DNA of 54,391 nt, counting the filler, from Sphacelaria rigidula (Eukaryota): NCBI GenBank assembly GCA_964200075.2. It is 3 parts of 3 records of this genome, joined end to end, with 100 filler letters (N's around TTAATTAATTAA, not from the genome) between each part and the next. Parts side by side here need not be neighbours in the genome. Positions count along the whole stretch, not along the records: positions 36,330 to 54,391 come from CAXNAA020000927.1; 2 more parts are not named here. One strand, written 5' to 3'. The translations under genes and the position numbers were made by a program. The notes beneath the pieces were generated by a model that saw only the letters and a program-made list of their open reading frames with translations, was not told the origin of the DNA and did no database searches. Below are positions 38,690 to 51,960 of this stretch, in pieces (position 1 is the first letter of the stretch; every line of letters begins with the position of its first letter).

Positions 38690-39055
38690 TGTTGGTGTTG
38701 TGTTGCCATCCCATCTATTCTGGACGCCAGTCTACACCTTTCGGTGTATGTCGGCACATCAGTCGGGGTCACACAGGAGGAAGGCCAGCACAGGATTTTT
38801 TTTTCCCTTCTGTTTTAGTAATCCACCTCACTTTTGCGGTGCTCGCCTTAATTTTTTTCGCGAGGGCGGTTCAGCGGTCCCTTCCCCTCGTCGACCGTGA
38901 AGTCGACTTCTGTGTACCGGCGACATGGTCGCTCTCCACTGTTGGGCATGGTGTGAGAATGAATCCCAAATCGTGTGACTGCACCTAGATTCGTACCCAC
39001 AACCCAACCGTCAGAAAGTTACGAGGTTACCAACTGAGCCACCAGGGCGATCGGC
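38690..39055 (-). mobile_element. tRNA-derived SINE copy
   Basis: The reverse complement aligns by eye to 47034-47385 (ccaactgagccaccagggcgatcggc head; gacgccagtctacac body). Confidence 0.8.
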
Positions 39056-39108
39056 TTGTGTGGATGCATACGGTACGATGAGTGTAGAGTCATGACGATT
39101 ATTGAAAG

Positions 39109-39226
39109 AAGAACAGCGCCAAGGCGTCCCACGTGGTCCCCTGCCGTAATGATAGCCTGGCCCAACGCCGCTTGACTTTGCAGAGCGGACGGGGTATGGT
39201 GCTATCGAGGTGGTATGGCCGTTCCT
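39109..39226 (-). pseudogene. 5S rRNA-derived copy (probable pseudogene)
   Basis: Minus strand reads AGGAACGGCCATACCACCTCGATAGCACCATACCCCGTCCGCTCTGCAAAGTCAAGCGGCGTTGGGCCAGGCTATCATTACGGCAGGGGACCACGTGGGACGCCTTGGCGCTGTTCTT (118 nt). 5S ends and box A are recognisable. The loop-E TAGTAC is altered to TATCAT, and there is no clean T4 terminator. Confidence 0.88.
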
Positions 39227-40195
39227 ACTACTTATTCTACATAAAATACTTTTATACTGTCCTTCCCGACACGACAACGCTCACATAACAATACAACGCC
39301 GCCGCGCCCCGGTGGTCAAACGCCTTTTTCGACGTTGGCTTGGGCAGGGCTTGGTAGGTTCGAAGCCCACCAAGACCAGCAGAATTCTTCCCAACCAGCC
39401 CCCCCATACCCATTAGCAATAGGCGCAACAGGCTATACTTTACGCAGTGCATTCTTTCTATTGCAACCGCCAACAACCTCTTGTCCAGGTGTGAGGACCA
39501 CCCCCCCCCGTACCCCACCCATATTTTTTGTTGCCCATTGAACTTTTAAACGCCAACAGATGAACAAATAATCCGACGGTCATATATGAAGTGAGAATGA
39601 TATCCGTCCATAAGACGGACATCCTGGGCGCTCTAGAGGTCTGAACTTCTCTTAGAGCACCCGGGCTGACGCAGTCTGGGAAGTGCAGTGCGGCAGTGCT
39701 TTGCTGCCTTGCGTCATTACGCGACGGATTCAACACTCCAGCTCAATCGCCAACGGCCAAAGGTGACTGCAGTACAATTCTTCCGTCGAAGTAACCTCGG
39801 AGAAATTATGCCGCAGGTTCTCGTCCTTTCTTGCTTTTCTTTTCTCGCAAGTTTGAGGATGGGATAAAAGAGTTGCCGGTCCAATGACGACCCCCTAATC
39901 TTACGTCACGAAGTTCCTTTGAAGCCACCACCTTATAGGCCACCGAGTACCTACGATCTGCACGCGAGAGCGCTTCGAAACCACGTGTGTTTGCAACGAC
40001 AAATACTCAGCAGCAATAATAACGGAGTCGGCTCTCGGCAACAAAGTGCGGAGGATTTTTGCGATGCTCAGACGGATTTCCTGCTGCCCAGTCAAGCGTG
40101 TGATTTCTAAACACGAGTGGCAGGCATTTCAAACTTTACCCGCTGAGTGATATTCCAGTGTCTGTTTCATACTCTCGTGTGTGTGTTTTGCTGAG

Positions 40196-40446
40196 GAGAG
40201 TTCATCGCGATTGGGCTACAATCTACCTGTGGCTGATACCTTTCAACCCTGTTGCTCACCCGAACCCCAACCCAAGGTAAAACGAAAGTTCTCGAGCAAG
40301 GGGCACCGCCGGTTTGGATGAAAATGCGTTCTGCGCATGTTAGCACACGGGACTCAGCCCCACCAACTATTTCATTCTCTTTCTTTACAATCAAATTAAG
40401 TAATATCAATCACGGGTAGATTGTAGCCCAACTCGGGTGAACTCTT
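40196..40446. mobile_element. Small MITE with ~43-bp TIRs
   Basis: gagagttcatcgcgattgggctacaatctacctgtggctgata / tatcaatcacgggtagattgtagcccaactcgggtgaactctt; no clear target-site duplication. Confidence 0.75.
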
Positions 40447-42612
40447 TTGGTTTTATTCGCTAATGTAACTTAACTTTCAACATCGCATACTAGGTGCGGC
40501 GCCGCCACCAACAACCCCCCCACTATGGTACGTCATCCCGCAGCAGATGAAGCGTCGTGGATCCACTCTCTGGAGACGTTTGGGTAGAATACCCACTGCC
40601 CCTACAGGCAGTAAGCAACTTTCAGATCGGAAACCAACAAGGGTACGGCCCCGAGAGTGACGTGAAATCGACAGCGCTACAGCACAACAACGACCGTACA
40701 GCAACACCCGCTACACTTGCCTTGAGTAGCTCGTGTCGCGACAAGCTCATCGTCGCCCCGTCACCCCCCCGGCAGTGCCCCGCGTCCGACGCATAGCAAC
40801 GCCGGGCTACCTCCACCGGCGACCCCGCCGTTGGTCGATGCAACGACGAGGAAGTTCGATGCGGTGCTCGCTGCAAGGAGGCGCTTGTGCCGCGAGCAAC
40901 GAAAGGCGACGTGTGAAGGCCTTTCGCTCCTAAGGTGCCAACTGCAGGGGAGTGGAGGGTTAATGGGTGTAAGTGGGCAGGGATTCGAACAGGGGTTGAA
41001 CCATGAATTTTGACAGATTATTGCAGTTGCCATACTTCTTGCCATCGAGGGGGTGTGTGCTGATGATCTTGCATGCCGTAGTCATACGACCAGCTACCTT
41101 GTATCCCTACGAAGCCGGGATGGAGCACGCCGGGTTTTCGCCGGACCAGGCTCGCAGTCAATCTCCAAGCGCGACGCGCCGTGATGTGTTCGGCGAGTCG
41201 AATGAAGGGTGAGCTGCGTCCTGCTACGATTGTTCGGTCCGAAGCGAACTGATTATCTTGCATACGGATGTCGGCCTCCAATGAGTTGCTTCATTCTCTA
41301 TCGAGGGGGACGGGGCGGGTAGCGTTAATTTTATCTCGTTGGTTGCGACATGTCTAGGGGTATCCACCCGCATGAAAAAGCACTGGTACATGCATATACA
41401 CAGTCTTGTGCATGAAAACATTACTTGTGGAGGCAGTCATCCACGAATTTGGACTGTGGGGGAGACACGTAGTGCCATGTGCTCTCCCGTTGTCGATACA
41501 GGAATCATCATGGGTACGGTTGACCACTACTGTGAAGACTACTATAGCTGCTAGAAAACACAAGAGCAAGCTGCATCTCCTCCCCGAGGAACAGCTCCCT
41601 CTCTCACCCACTGCGGGTAACGAGAAGATCTACCGTGAGAGTGGCGAGCTTGCTTTGATCAGCAAGAAAAGTGAGCGTACTCTGCAGGGAATTGATCGGC
41701 TTTTCCATCCGTTGCCCTGTCGCCCAAGTAGAGGGGGAATCAGGGTACAAAACGGGGATACGTGCCTGTACGGCTCAGGGCGTAGCAGTAACATAATCAG
41801 TGGAGTTGGATTTCGGGTTAGGCTGGATATCAGTGTGGGTTGGTGTGACGGAAAATGCACGAGGAAGTGTATCGCGGGAGTTCGATTCTGTCTCAAACCA
41901 TAAAATACGAGCAAAACATGACCCGACATTTTTCAAACAAAATACACAAGCCAATGCGACGCACCCACACGGACACAAGCGGGCATCGTCGTAGCCAAGG
42001 AGTTGACAGAGGCGGGCGACCGAGATGGGCGTGGGAAAAGAGGTGCCAGGGACCGCTATCTTATGACACGGCGGTGTTTGCGTACGAGTAGGCGGGGTAG
42101 AGCGTGTAGGGTAGTCAGTAGGTGAGTTATTGCCCTTGAAACAGTGTAATTATACGTGCCCGCATGTGAGAAATACCTGCAGCAAAGTAAGACGTCGCAC
42201 GCGTACTTTCGAAATACAGAGCTGTGTTTGGCGCGCTTCGATTTTCTGTCCGAAACACGTCGCTCCAATATTTTGAAATTGATGTGCGTTTTGGGCACAA
42301 AGAAGCGCACGCACGTGCCTGAGGCGCAATGCCGCCACACAATGCTTCTGACAGACGATATCTTCCTGGTGTGGGCACTCCGGCTTCGTTGTGCTATTTG
42401 GGGGCAGGGGGTCATGCCCCTGCGTTGTTTCTTCGATTCCCACACTGGCATGTGTGTGAGTATTGCTGTGGTGAATGGTTGTACTACCGTACAGTACGGT
42501 ACATTGTATTAACAGTAGATCATGGTGCAGGGTTGAGTATGCTTATGCTTGTATAGTATCACAGTACAGAACAGTAGCCACTTCATCTGTCTCGTGGAAT
42601 TGGTAGAACCAC

Positions 42613-42690
42613 GTGTGTGCTGTCGTCCAATCTATTCTCCACCTTTCGGTATATGTGGGCGCAGCAGCGGGAGCCACACAGGAAGCACCG
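42613..42690 (-). repeat. SINE 3' fragment
   Basis: tctattctccacctttcggtatatgtgggcgcagcagcgggagccacacaggaag resembles 38714-38782. Confidence 0.55.
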
Positions 42691-43769
42691 AGTTCATAGG
42701 TACGGGTCGTTATGAAATAATTAAACTGAAATAATCTATTTTTGTTGTTTTCCATGATTCTTGTCGGGATTTTCGCTGGATACGTGCGGTACTCGAACTC
42801 TATCTGCCGCAAAGAGGCTAACAAGATTGCACTGTTCGATTCTTTGTTGTCCGGGCCTGTTCTGGACTCCAATTCCCTCCGCTGGCTGGCTCCAGCCCAG
42901 AACAGCAGAAGGAGGAGAGCTGGAGAAAGAAATGTGCGGTCAGCATCGACGATATTTTGATACAAACCAAGATGGCACCAAGTCAAAGCAAGCGAAGCGT
43001 ACGCCATAGGAAGGAAGCGGCGTTTCCACACGCGGGATCGTACACACAAGAGAGATGCATTATTGCGTTAGCTGTTTGATGTCCCGTGTGTAGAGTGCTT
43101 GGGTGTCTCCGGCGTTGTACCGCAACAACTTTCTGTCGCGATGCCGACTGTATCTGTATCGTACGAAGGTCCGCCAGGGCTGGCCAGCCAGTTGGCACCG
43201 TGCTTGTCATGCATGTCTGTACGGCATCGATCAACGCGAGCCATCCACAACAACAGCACGGCAGCCTACACAAGGGGGCCAGTAGCATTGATGCGTTTGG
43301 AGTCTTTTTCTCGGTTCATGTTCCGTCCAAGAAACATGGAACGCCACAGCAAGACGACGATGGAGCCATCTTAAACCGTGCCCCGTATCCAAGGTCGAGC
43401 AGATGCAGCAGCAGCAGCCTAAGCGCAAATGGAGACTGCAACACCAACCCCGGCCGTCGCAACCATACCGCGGGCACGGCCACACTCAAAGCGGACGTTG
43501 GGTACACTATCCAGTATACCAATAGATAGTGCACCGCTTGTGAGACTGCTATCGTCTTGTACATCATCCTGCCTCCGCACGGTACTGTACTGCGGCTGCG
43601 GGCACCAAAAGATCGGCAAAACCATGTGTGACGGAACCTATGCTAAAATCAAGTTTGTATCATTGAATGTAAATGTACCGTGAAATATGAAGGGAGGGAC
43701 TGGCGAAAAAATCTGCTAACATCACCTGAAATTAGTGTTCGTACTATGAAAATAAACCCGAACCCTATG

Positions 43770-44061
43770 GACCCACCGCCACACAGGAGGAAGGCCAACA
43801 CAACATATATATATATATATATTTTTTTTAGTTCTCCACCATCCTTCTGCGGTCCTTGCCTTTTATTTTCACAGTGAGTGGGGTTCAGCAGTCCCTTTTC
43901 CTCGGCGACCATCAACTCGAATTTTGTTTACCCACGACATAGTCGCTTTCCACTGTTGGACAGCGTGTGAGAAAAAGTCCCAGATCGCTCCGAAATTCGA
44001 ACGTACGACCCAACCGTCAGAAGGTTTGCAGGCTACCAAGTGAGCCAGCGGGGCGACTGGC
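43770..44061 (-). mobile_element. tRNA-derived SINE copy
   Basis: attcgaacgtacgacccaaccgtcagaagg...tgagccagcggggcgactggc head plus the shared cacacaggaggaaggcca body. Confidence 0.78.
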
Positions 44062-45374
44062 CTAACTATCTGCGAGCACAAAAGGACTCAAGTCTCACTT
44101 CGTGCTACCGTATCATCCACGCTCCACAGATTTCATCCTCACAGATAAAAGTGGTCAGTAGACACACAGGCAATCTACAGTACAATTTCATCTGTGGTGC
44201 CATCAGCTGTCGGTGTGTTTTGGCGGAGTAAGATGTCATGGACATGTGTCACACGCCCCTAGGAAGTCTCCGCACTGTGCTGTGCTGTGCTTTCGAAACT
44301 AGTGATTAAATACTTCAACTGGGGAGAAGATCCACCCACGGTCTAGACAACAGTTACTGTACTTGAAATCCGCAACAGTAGCATTTGAACCAAACCCCCG
44401 ATAAAACGCACAACTCATCAACGAGCAAATACCCCCATCAAATCGGCGCCAATCACCCACACTGGGACCTGATAGTTGATGCATACCGTAACACACCTGA
44501 GGTGGGGGTAAGGGCTGGTCGGAACACTTACGCATTTACATGCGTGTTCCTCTGCTCATGTGAGACTGTACGACAGGACTCAGCCCACACGGACCACGAC
44601 GATCTCACGTGCGAAGCGTGTCAAGCAGGACGTAGATAAAGCATGAGCGTAGGACTGTAGCGCAACACAATTTAGTCCACTAACGTAATTGATGAGACAA
44701 CAAGGGCATACTTCTCATCGCATTGCGTTAGACATGCTGGCTGGCTCGTGATGGTCGGTAGTGGCACATGTGTCGGGAAAGGCAATGACGGTGGAGTCAG
44801 CAGAGTCGCGTGCAGTCCAGCTCACGACATGTAGGCGATTACTGCGAGAGCGACAAGAGAGTTACCATTTTTTCTTACTACGAACAACTGTAATATATGT
44901 TTCCTCTCACCTGTGATACACAGGTACACCGTCTCGACAACCTTCATGACTTCGCTCCTTCGACAGCTGATGTCTTCGATCTTTCTTTTATCCACCCTTA
45001 TTCTTTGGGTTGATCGGGTAATCTGCGAAAATAATTAAATTCAAAGACTAGATATTGCATGACAGAATACTCAAGGCATAGTCCATCTTATCACGTTTTC
45101 CCTCCTGAAAACGTAAATACACCAATGTTTTAATGCTCATCATTAAAATAAAAAATACATATGATGTCTCCACGAGCTGTTTTAATCATTCTTGTCTTTA
45201 CTCATTGATGTCTTTACTCCTTTGCCCACCTTTGCAATGATCAACGGGATGGAACAATAGTTCGAAATATATATATCAAAAACATAAATATCGATAAATT
45301 ATGACTTGATCGAGATAGAGAAATCAAATTTCGTGGCGTGGCGAGGCCCTCCCTACAGCAATTCTGTGAGCGAG

Positions 45375-45397
45375 CTTCCCCCTCGTTCCCACCTTTC
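45375..45397 (+). promoter_or_regulatory. Pyrimidine tract just upstream of the RPS3A ATG (possible TOP/TCT-like start region)
   Basis: cttccccctcgttcccacctttc ends 11 nt before the ATG, downstream of an AT-rich region (~45000-45330). Ribosomal protein genes often start in such tracts; the transcription start site is unknown. Confidence 0.3.
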
Positions 45398-45408
45398 GGC
45401 GCGCAAAC

Positions 45409-48400
45409 ATGGCGGTCGGTGAGTGTATGCACGGCTAGCTAGGAGACCCATAGGAGCTTCAGTCGGGCATGGTGTGATAATAGTTGCCTCTGCAACTGTA
45501 ATCAAAGAAAATCGGTTGTGCCACAACTCACCGTGTGGTGGTCGCAACTGCTTCACTTGGCTACCTGTATATATCGGGCGATCGTATTTTTGCGGACGCG
45601 GTGTGACCGGGGTGCATGGGGCATCCCCGTACCGTTGCTCTCTTTTGGGCACGGACCTGGCCGCAGTTGAAGAGAGGCACACTGGAGTCCTCACTATCCC
45701 CGGAAAGTTGATGTTTCTGGCGAGTACAGCGCGCGGAGGTTGCACTTTTTGGTCCTCTGTTGGGGTAGCTATGTTACAGGCGACCGAAACGCAGTGCTGT
45801 CCACGACCGGAGCACTAGGTGCTACTGGAGGGCCGTCTAGTTTGTTTGCGATGAACTTGGCCATGAACGGCTGCGTCTGCGCAAGCTGTCGTGGTATATT
45901 TCACTGCAGCATAAACGCGACAGCATCCAGCCCCCGTTACTTCTGTGGCAAGCCTGTTACGCACCGTTCGCTCTGAAAAACAGACTATCCAAGTAGGTCA
46001 GGGAGAAGTGTTGAAACTGCAGGGCGTGTTCACGGTACTGTAACAACTAACTGTATGAATAAGTCGGCCTGCTCGACCTGTGTTGTCGAGACTCGCCTGC
46101 TTCTTTCTGATGAGGGCTTCTTCACCCATTGCTCTGTTGCTCTGGATGTTACCGTGTGCAGGCAAGACGAATAAGAAGGGAGGCCGGAAGGGGAACAAAA
46201 AAAAGACGTGAGTGAACCATGAACATGAAGAGTGAAGCAATATACTTGAGGACATCGAGTAACTAGTATTGTGGTACAGCAGTTGACAGCGCTGAAACAG
46301 TTCGTGTGCAATTGTACCTGTAAGCGTGGTGCGACTGTGATGCTGCCGTGTAGCGAAAGCTCCCCAAGCACCTTGTGATGCATCGCGGTGAAGGAGCGAC
46401 CAGGACGAACGGTCTCGCCTGCCGTGTGCATATGTCGCCCGATGGCGTTCATGTTGTCGGATTACTCAAACAAGCCTGAAGACTGCGTGCGTGTTGCCCG
46501 CCTTGGTAGAGTAACGTCATGGTCCACAATTTACTACTGTACTGGAGTGAAGAACTGCACGGTCAGGACGAATCGTCATGACCAATTATAAAAAAATCTA
46601 CGATTTCTTGGCCTGATTGCCCAAAAAAGGAGAGGGAAGTTCACCGTTGATCCAAGGGGTATCAACGCAACTTTTGCGCCATTCCACGTGTTTGGGTTGC
46701 TTGTATTTGGGCTACAACGCTGAAAAACAAAACCTAGGGATTGATTCGTATGAGTCTAATCAATTATCTTAAACCAAATAATTTTCAGACGAATCATTAT
46801 TTGTCCGACCTTTGAATAATGAAACATGACGGTGGTGGCGGACGGTACTGTGAGGACCTGACGCGGTCGTGAGTTTCTCGTTCTCTGCCCACAGTATTTC
46901 AGGTCATTTTTCACGTGAACCAGATGGTCATTTCATGCAGCTTTGAGCCCAAGTTCAAACTATGATGCAAACACAACCGATGCCGATATGGCATCCGAAA
47001 GTTGGCCTTCGCTTTACGGCGTGTACTCTGCAAGCCGGTCGCTCCGGTGGCTCAGTTGGTAATCTCAAAACACGCTGACGATTGGGTCGTGGGTTCGAAT
47101 CTCGATGCAATCGCACGATCTGGGATTTTTTTACAGCATGCCTCATGGTGAAAAGCCAGTGCGTGGAACACGAAACCGACTTCACGGTCGATGAGGGAAG
47201 GGGGCCACTGGAGCTTTTTCGCAATACAAAATTGAGGCAAGCACCCCACAAGGAATGTGACGAACGACCAAATAAAGGAGGAACTCTGGTTTTGGCCCCC
47301 CTCTTATTTCACCGCGGCTGAATCGTCCACATATACCGGAAGTATAGACTGGCGTTCAGAGTACATGAAACAACACACACTCACACTCTCTCTTCCTACC
47401 CGAAGGAGCCTCGTGGTGAGAGGCCTCTGTTACTCCGCATCGCTCCGGGTGCCGTCGGCACTTGGCTGATTTACGCATTTTCCTCCTGTGATGCCTCTAA
47501 TATTTGATGATTTGCCTGTTCTGCCTTCGGCCTTCACCCACTGTTGGCTCCACTCACTGCCATTGCTCGCCGCACAGGGTGGACCCCTTCACCCTCAAGG
47601 AGTGGTATGACATCAAGGCGCCGTCTGTCTTTAATGTCCGCAACCCGGGCAAGACCCTCGTGACCCGCACCAAGGGAACGAGTGAGTGCAGAATGACGGA
47701 AGTATATGATATCTCGGGAACCAATTCTTAAGTGGTGTGCTCCATCTTTTCGTGTAGGCTTTTGGCTTGATCCTCCGTTCACAGTTGTGGAGCCCGTCCG
47801 TTAGTCTTCTCGGTTTGGTACTAGCAATCGGGCCATCGTTAATCTTGTGTGTTGCGTTGTGGATATTGCGACTTGCCTCCGGATTGTACTCCGCGAGTAG
47901 GCACATCTATTTGAGGGGAAGAAGGTGGACTTTCCTGATTTCATACCTGGTGGTTCTTGGCTGATGAGAACACGAGACGGTTTCATGGTTTCATCAGTTA
48001 GTTTGTCGATCGCGCCAGGTAACGAGAGGATGTCTTGACCCGCTTGTTATCGTACATCCTCGGGGGTCATGAATGCCGTCGGGATGTTTTCGCACAACTT
48101 GATCCTGAACCAAGACGTGATTCGTAACCCTTGTGCGGGTCCTCGACACATGCGCCTCAGCTTTTGATCCTTCCCCTTTATCTCATTCTTCACTCTTGGA
48201 ACAAGCGTCTTATATTTCGTCGTGAATCTGATGCTTGCACATTTGATGCTGCAGCCAATCCGCACCCCACTGAGCACCTTCAAACGTGTCTATTCGATGC
48301 TGTCCTGCCGTGCCTTGCTCTAAATGTTTTTTGGCGGACGCGTTGTGTTTTTTTCCTGAATCTGTCCCTGCGGTTTCGACGGAGCAGAGATTGCATCGGA

Positions 48401-51400
48401 GGGTCTCAAGGGGCGCGTGTTCGAGTTCTCGTTGGGAGACCTCAACAACGACGAGGATCTGGTGAGGAGTCAACTATATCATGAACGAGCTTCGTAGTGT
48501 ACAAATGAACCCTGAAAACCGCTTCTTCCTCGAAACTGTTCCGCTCGGAAGAAAATGGAGATATGACCAGACGTGGAAACCATGTCGAGCCCATTGAACG
48601 TACTTTACATGGTCTGCTGTACTGGGCCTTGGGTTGGTGAAATTGCCGGTTCTTGTATGATGTGACGAGACAAATACATTGAGAAGTTATCACATCATCG
48701 GGAAACGTTGAAAGGGGCTCGAAAGCTGGAACCCGAACGACCCTTTATTCTACCTCACAGCCCACTGATGGGATAGCCCAGGTATGCACCCCCACCGCGA
48801 AACCTCGAACAGGCTCCAACCAGTGTAACATGCAAGAAGTGCCTCCAGTGATGCACAAGGCAGACGTTTGGAGCTTATTCATTTTGTACCTTTCTTTCAC
48901 CCGAAAATTCGGGGCTCGGTGAGCGGGGGACACCGCACCACACTGTGCAGCGCGGATTGCATTCAGTCTCGTGTGTGAACCTACGAGATCTCCCCCGTCA
49001 TGACGCCCGTGTCGTGCTCACTCATGACTTGCAAGCAATTTGCCCGTGGAAGCCGCACGACCTGGACCCTCGTGCGTTTCGCCCTGGACCGTTTTTTTTC
49101 TCAGGGTGTTGGATCCACACCCAACGGTTGTAGTGCTATTATAGTTTCACCTTCCCTGACATCCGGACGCCCTGCCCCCCCCCTTTTAAATGATTTTCCT
49201 CCAACAGGGATACAGGAAAATCAAGCTTTGTTGTGAGGATGTTCAGGGCACGTCGGTGTTGACGAACTTCCACGGAATGGACCTGACTCGCGACAAGCTG
49301 TGCTCGTTGATTAAGAAGTGGCAGACGTTGATCGAGGCGCAGGTGGACGTGCGCACGACCGACGGATACTATCTCCGTATCGTGAGTCAACGTCTGTACT
49401 TTCGAAGTCATGGGACAATATATATCTATGTGTGTGTGGAACCCACTTTTTTTTTCTCTGGTCTCTCTCCACCTTCGTTGGAGGCTTGAGTGTGCCGTTG
49501 TGTGTTGTCAACTCATATATTATGAACGCCAGTATATGCCTCTGTGTGGGTGATTCAGCCGGGGCATCAGGAAGAGGCAAACATGGAAGTTTTTTCTTGT
49601 CTTGGTCCTCAATCTTCCTCCTGTAATGCTTGTTTTTTTCATCGCGGGAGGGGCTCAGTAGTCCCTTTTCCTCGTGGACTGTAGAGTCGAATTTTCGTGT
49701 ACCCACTACAAAGTCGCTCTCCACTGTTGTATATAGTGAGGGAATGGATAAAGCGACTGGCATGTACACGTGACCTCGAGGGAAAGCGGAAAAGTTCGTG
49801 TATGCACTAAAGAATTCTGAGGTGATGGAGGTTGACTCGTTGCTGCAGGTACACTATTCAGGGTTACCGTGTGTTCATGGAGATGCATCCTATGGCGGAC
49901 ATTCGGATGATACGGTTGCCTGGTCACCTTCCGCAAATTGACTTCAAGTCTCTCCGCATCGTAGGTCGTACCAGATTCCTTGCTCTCCCGGTGTTTTTTC
50001 GCCGATCGTGAACAGACATGGTTCCAAGGATGGAACAAATAGTGACTCATCTGGAAATTACTTGGTTTTAGTATTATAAGTCGGCTCGTGACGAATAAAT
50101 CCCTAGGCTTTATTTCAGCGTTGCAACCCAGTTACATACAGCTCAGACTTGTGGAATGGCGCAAAAATTGCGTGGATACCCCTTGGATCAGCGATCAACT
50201 TCTTTCTCCCTTTCGGGCAATCAGGCCGAAGAAATCGTTAATTTGGTGATTCCGAGTCGTGATGATTCGTCCTAACCGTGCATGGTTCCGCTTTTGGAAA
50301 GTATTTTGACATTTCAGATACAGGCACCGGTGTACCAATCGAAGAACTCGCTCACGTGTTGAATGTGCCACTCGCTTGTTGTTGGTACTCGGAGCAGGCG
50401 TGCATTGGCTTCACCAAGAAGCAGGACAATCAGATTAAGCAGACTTGCTACGCGCAGGCCTCGCAAATCCGGGCAGTCCGCAAGAAGATGTGCGATATCA
50501 TGACGGAGGAGGCCACGAAGTGCGACCTGAAGGAGCTCGTCTTGAAGTTGTAAGCCCATGGTACCTTCAATTTCCTCTGTTGTGGCGAGAAATGAGCTTC
50601 GAAGCGTCCATTTTTGTATATTACCTCGCGGCCTGTTTGAGATTTTCGACGATAAACTCTTGGCCAGGATTGCTCATTGGTCCGACTGTCGCCATCAGGG
50701 TGAAGAGAACGGGGGTTCGATTCCCGATGCGTTGCGTTGTTTCTTCGTGATGAATGATTTTCACCGTGGAAAGCGTGAGAACATGAGTAAACAAAGTAGT
50801 AGACTAGATATTTGACGTGTGTTGCCGTGGTGGGGGAGTGCTTATCCAATCCGCGAGACCAAAATAAAAGGCACGTACCGGGGGAGAGATGAGTTTATCC
50901 CTTGAGATCACGGACTCATACCGAGAAAGGGGAGGGTCCAAAATGTGAGGAAAGATCTACGGGTTGGTTTTCTCCGTCATACATGTTGATGGCTATCGTT
51001 TTTCGCGTGTTGCTCTCCATTACTGGCATGTGGGTTGTTGCGGGCGTGTGTATGTGCCACATTGCTTTTCCCCCAACTCACTGCTTCCACTGCTGTTTTT
51101 TTTGTCGACCCAAACACTGATACTGCAGCATCCCCGAAAACATCTCCGGGGAAATCCTGAAGGCTGTGCAGAGCATCTACCCAATGCAGAACGTCTACAT
51201 CCGCAAGGTCAAGGCGCTGAAGAAGCCCAAATTCGACCGTGAGTATTTGTGTATGACGCATTGAAAATGGTATTTCTTGGTAATATTCCGTTTCACTTGT
51301 TGGCGAGAACTATCAGGGACTGCGTCGATCGAGCAAAGATGCCCAAGAGGCAAAATCTGAGGTTGGGCAGCCGCACATCCGCCAAGAACTGGTCAGTCCG

Positions 51401-51960
51401 AACGTCGTTCTATATTTAGTGCGAAGATGGTCCTTTCTCAAAATGTGAAACGGGTACTTTGTGTCTCCCTATTCCCGAATAATGAAATGTCCACTGGGAT
51501 ATGCGGTGGCACGCCAAAACTGTTGGAAAATGTCGACTATAAGAAGAAATCAAAAGTTCTTCAACTCAGCAGAGAAAACTCGTACACTTGATACAGTGCG
51601 ATACCTCGGGTACTTGGCTAACTGTACCGTAATTTTCCAAACTCGATATTTTGATATTTTGTAGTGGATCTGCAGCGATGTCTGCGAAATATACCAAGTA
51701 TCCCACGGTTCGAGGAGTATTTGACACCCACTAAGCATTAAGTATTCAACCCGTTGACCGCCGAGCTGTACAATTTGTTGGAACGACATGTTTTTACTTA
51801 CGGGATAACAGCATGACTTCGACAACCCACCCCTCGTTCCATTTACACAGTGACCAAGTTGATGGAGATGCACGGCGACAACACCACCGAAGATATTGGC
51901 ATGGAGGTGGAGAGGGACGACGAAGAGGAGGCTGGAGAGGAGGAGGGGGCCGAGGAGTAA
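45409..51960 (+). CDS. RPS3A: 40S ribosomal protein S3a (eS1), 8 exons, 259 aa
   Basis: Exons 45409-45418, 46162-46207, 47578-47681, 48388-48461, 49208-49381, 50398-50549, 51129-51238, 51851-51960. They total 780 nt, all GT-AG and in phase. [66 protein letters not shown]...[30 protein letters not shown]...[30 protein letters not shown]. Confidence 0.97.
47034..47385 (+). mobile_element. tRNA-derived SINE (full-length-like copy) in RPS3A intron 2
   Basis: Head GCCGGTCGCTCCGGTGGCTCAGTTGG (A box)...GGTTCGAATC (B box); body shared with the other copies; (CA)n-like tail. Confidence 0.8.
49490..49735 (-). mobile_element. 5'-truncated SINE copy in RPS3A intron 5
   Basis: Shares cagtagtcccttttcctcg...gtcgctctccactgttg and gaacgccagt...cagccgggg blocks with the other copies; head absent. 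Confidence 0.65.

Noticed and set aside
46100-46140. CTGATGA hammerhead-like core (also CTGACGA at 31161)
   Set aside because: No GAAA after stem II, so the catalytic core is incomplete.
47040-47110. Functional tRNA gene
   Set aside because: A/B boxes are present but there is no proper cloverleaf; it continues into a repeated SINE body.
50660-50730. tRNA-like segment with GGTTCGATTCCC
   Set aside because: Only a B-box-like motif and a weak A box, with no cloverleaf; at most a decayed SINE head.
45419-51850. Intronic box C/D snoRNAs in RPS3A introns (TGATGA at ~47962, ~50260, ~50748)
   Set aside because: No suitably spaced D box, terminal stem or rRNA-complementary guide recognised by eye; needs snoscan/Infernal.
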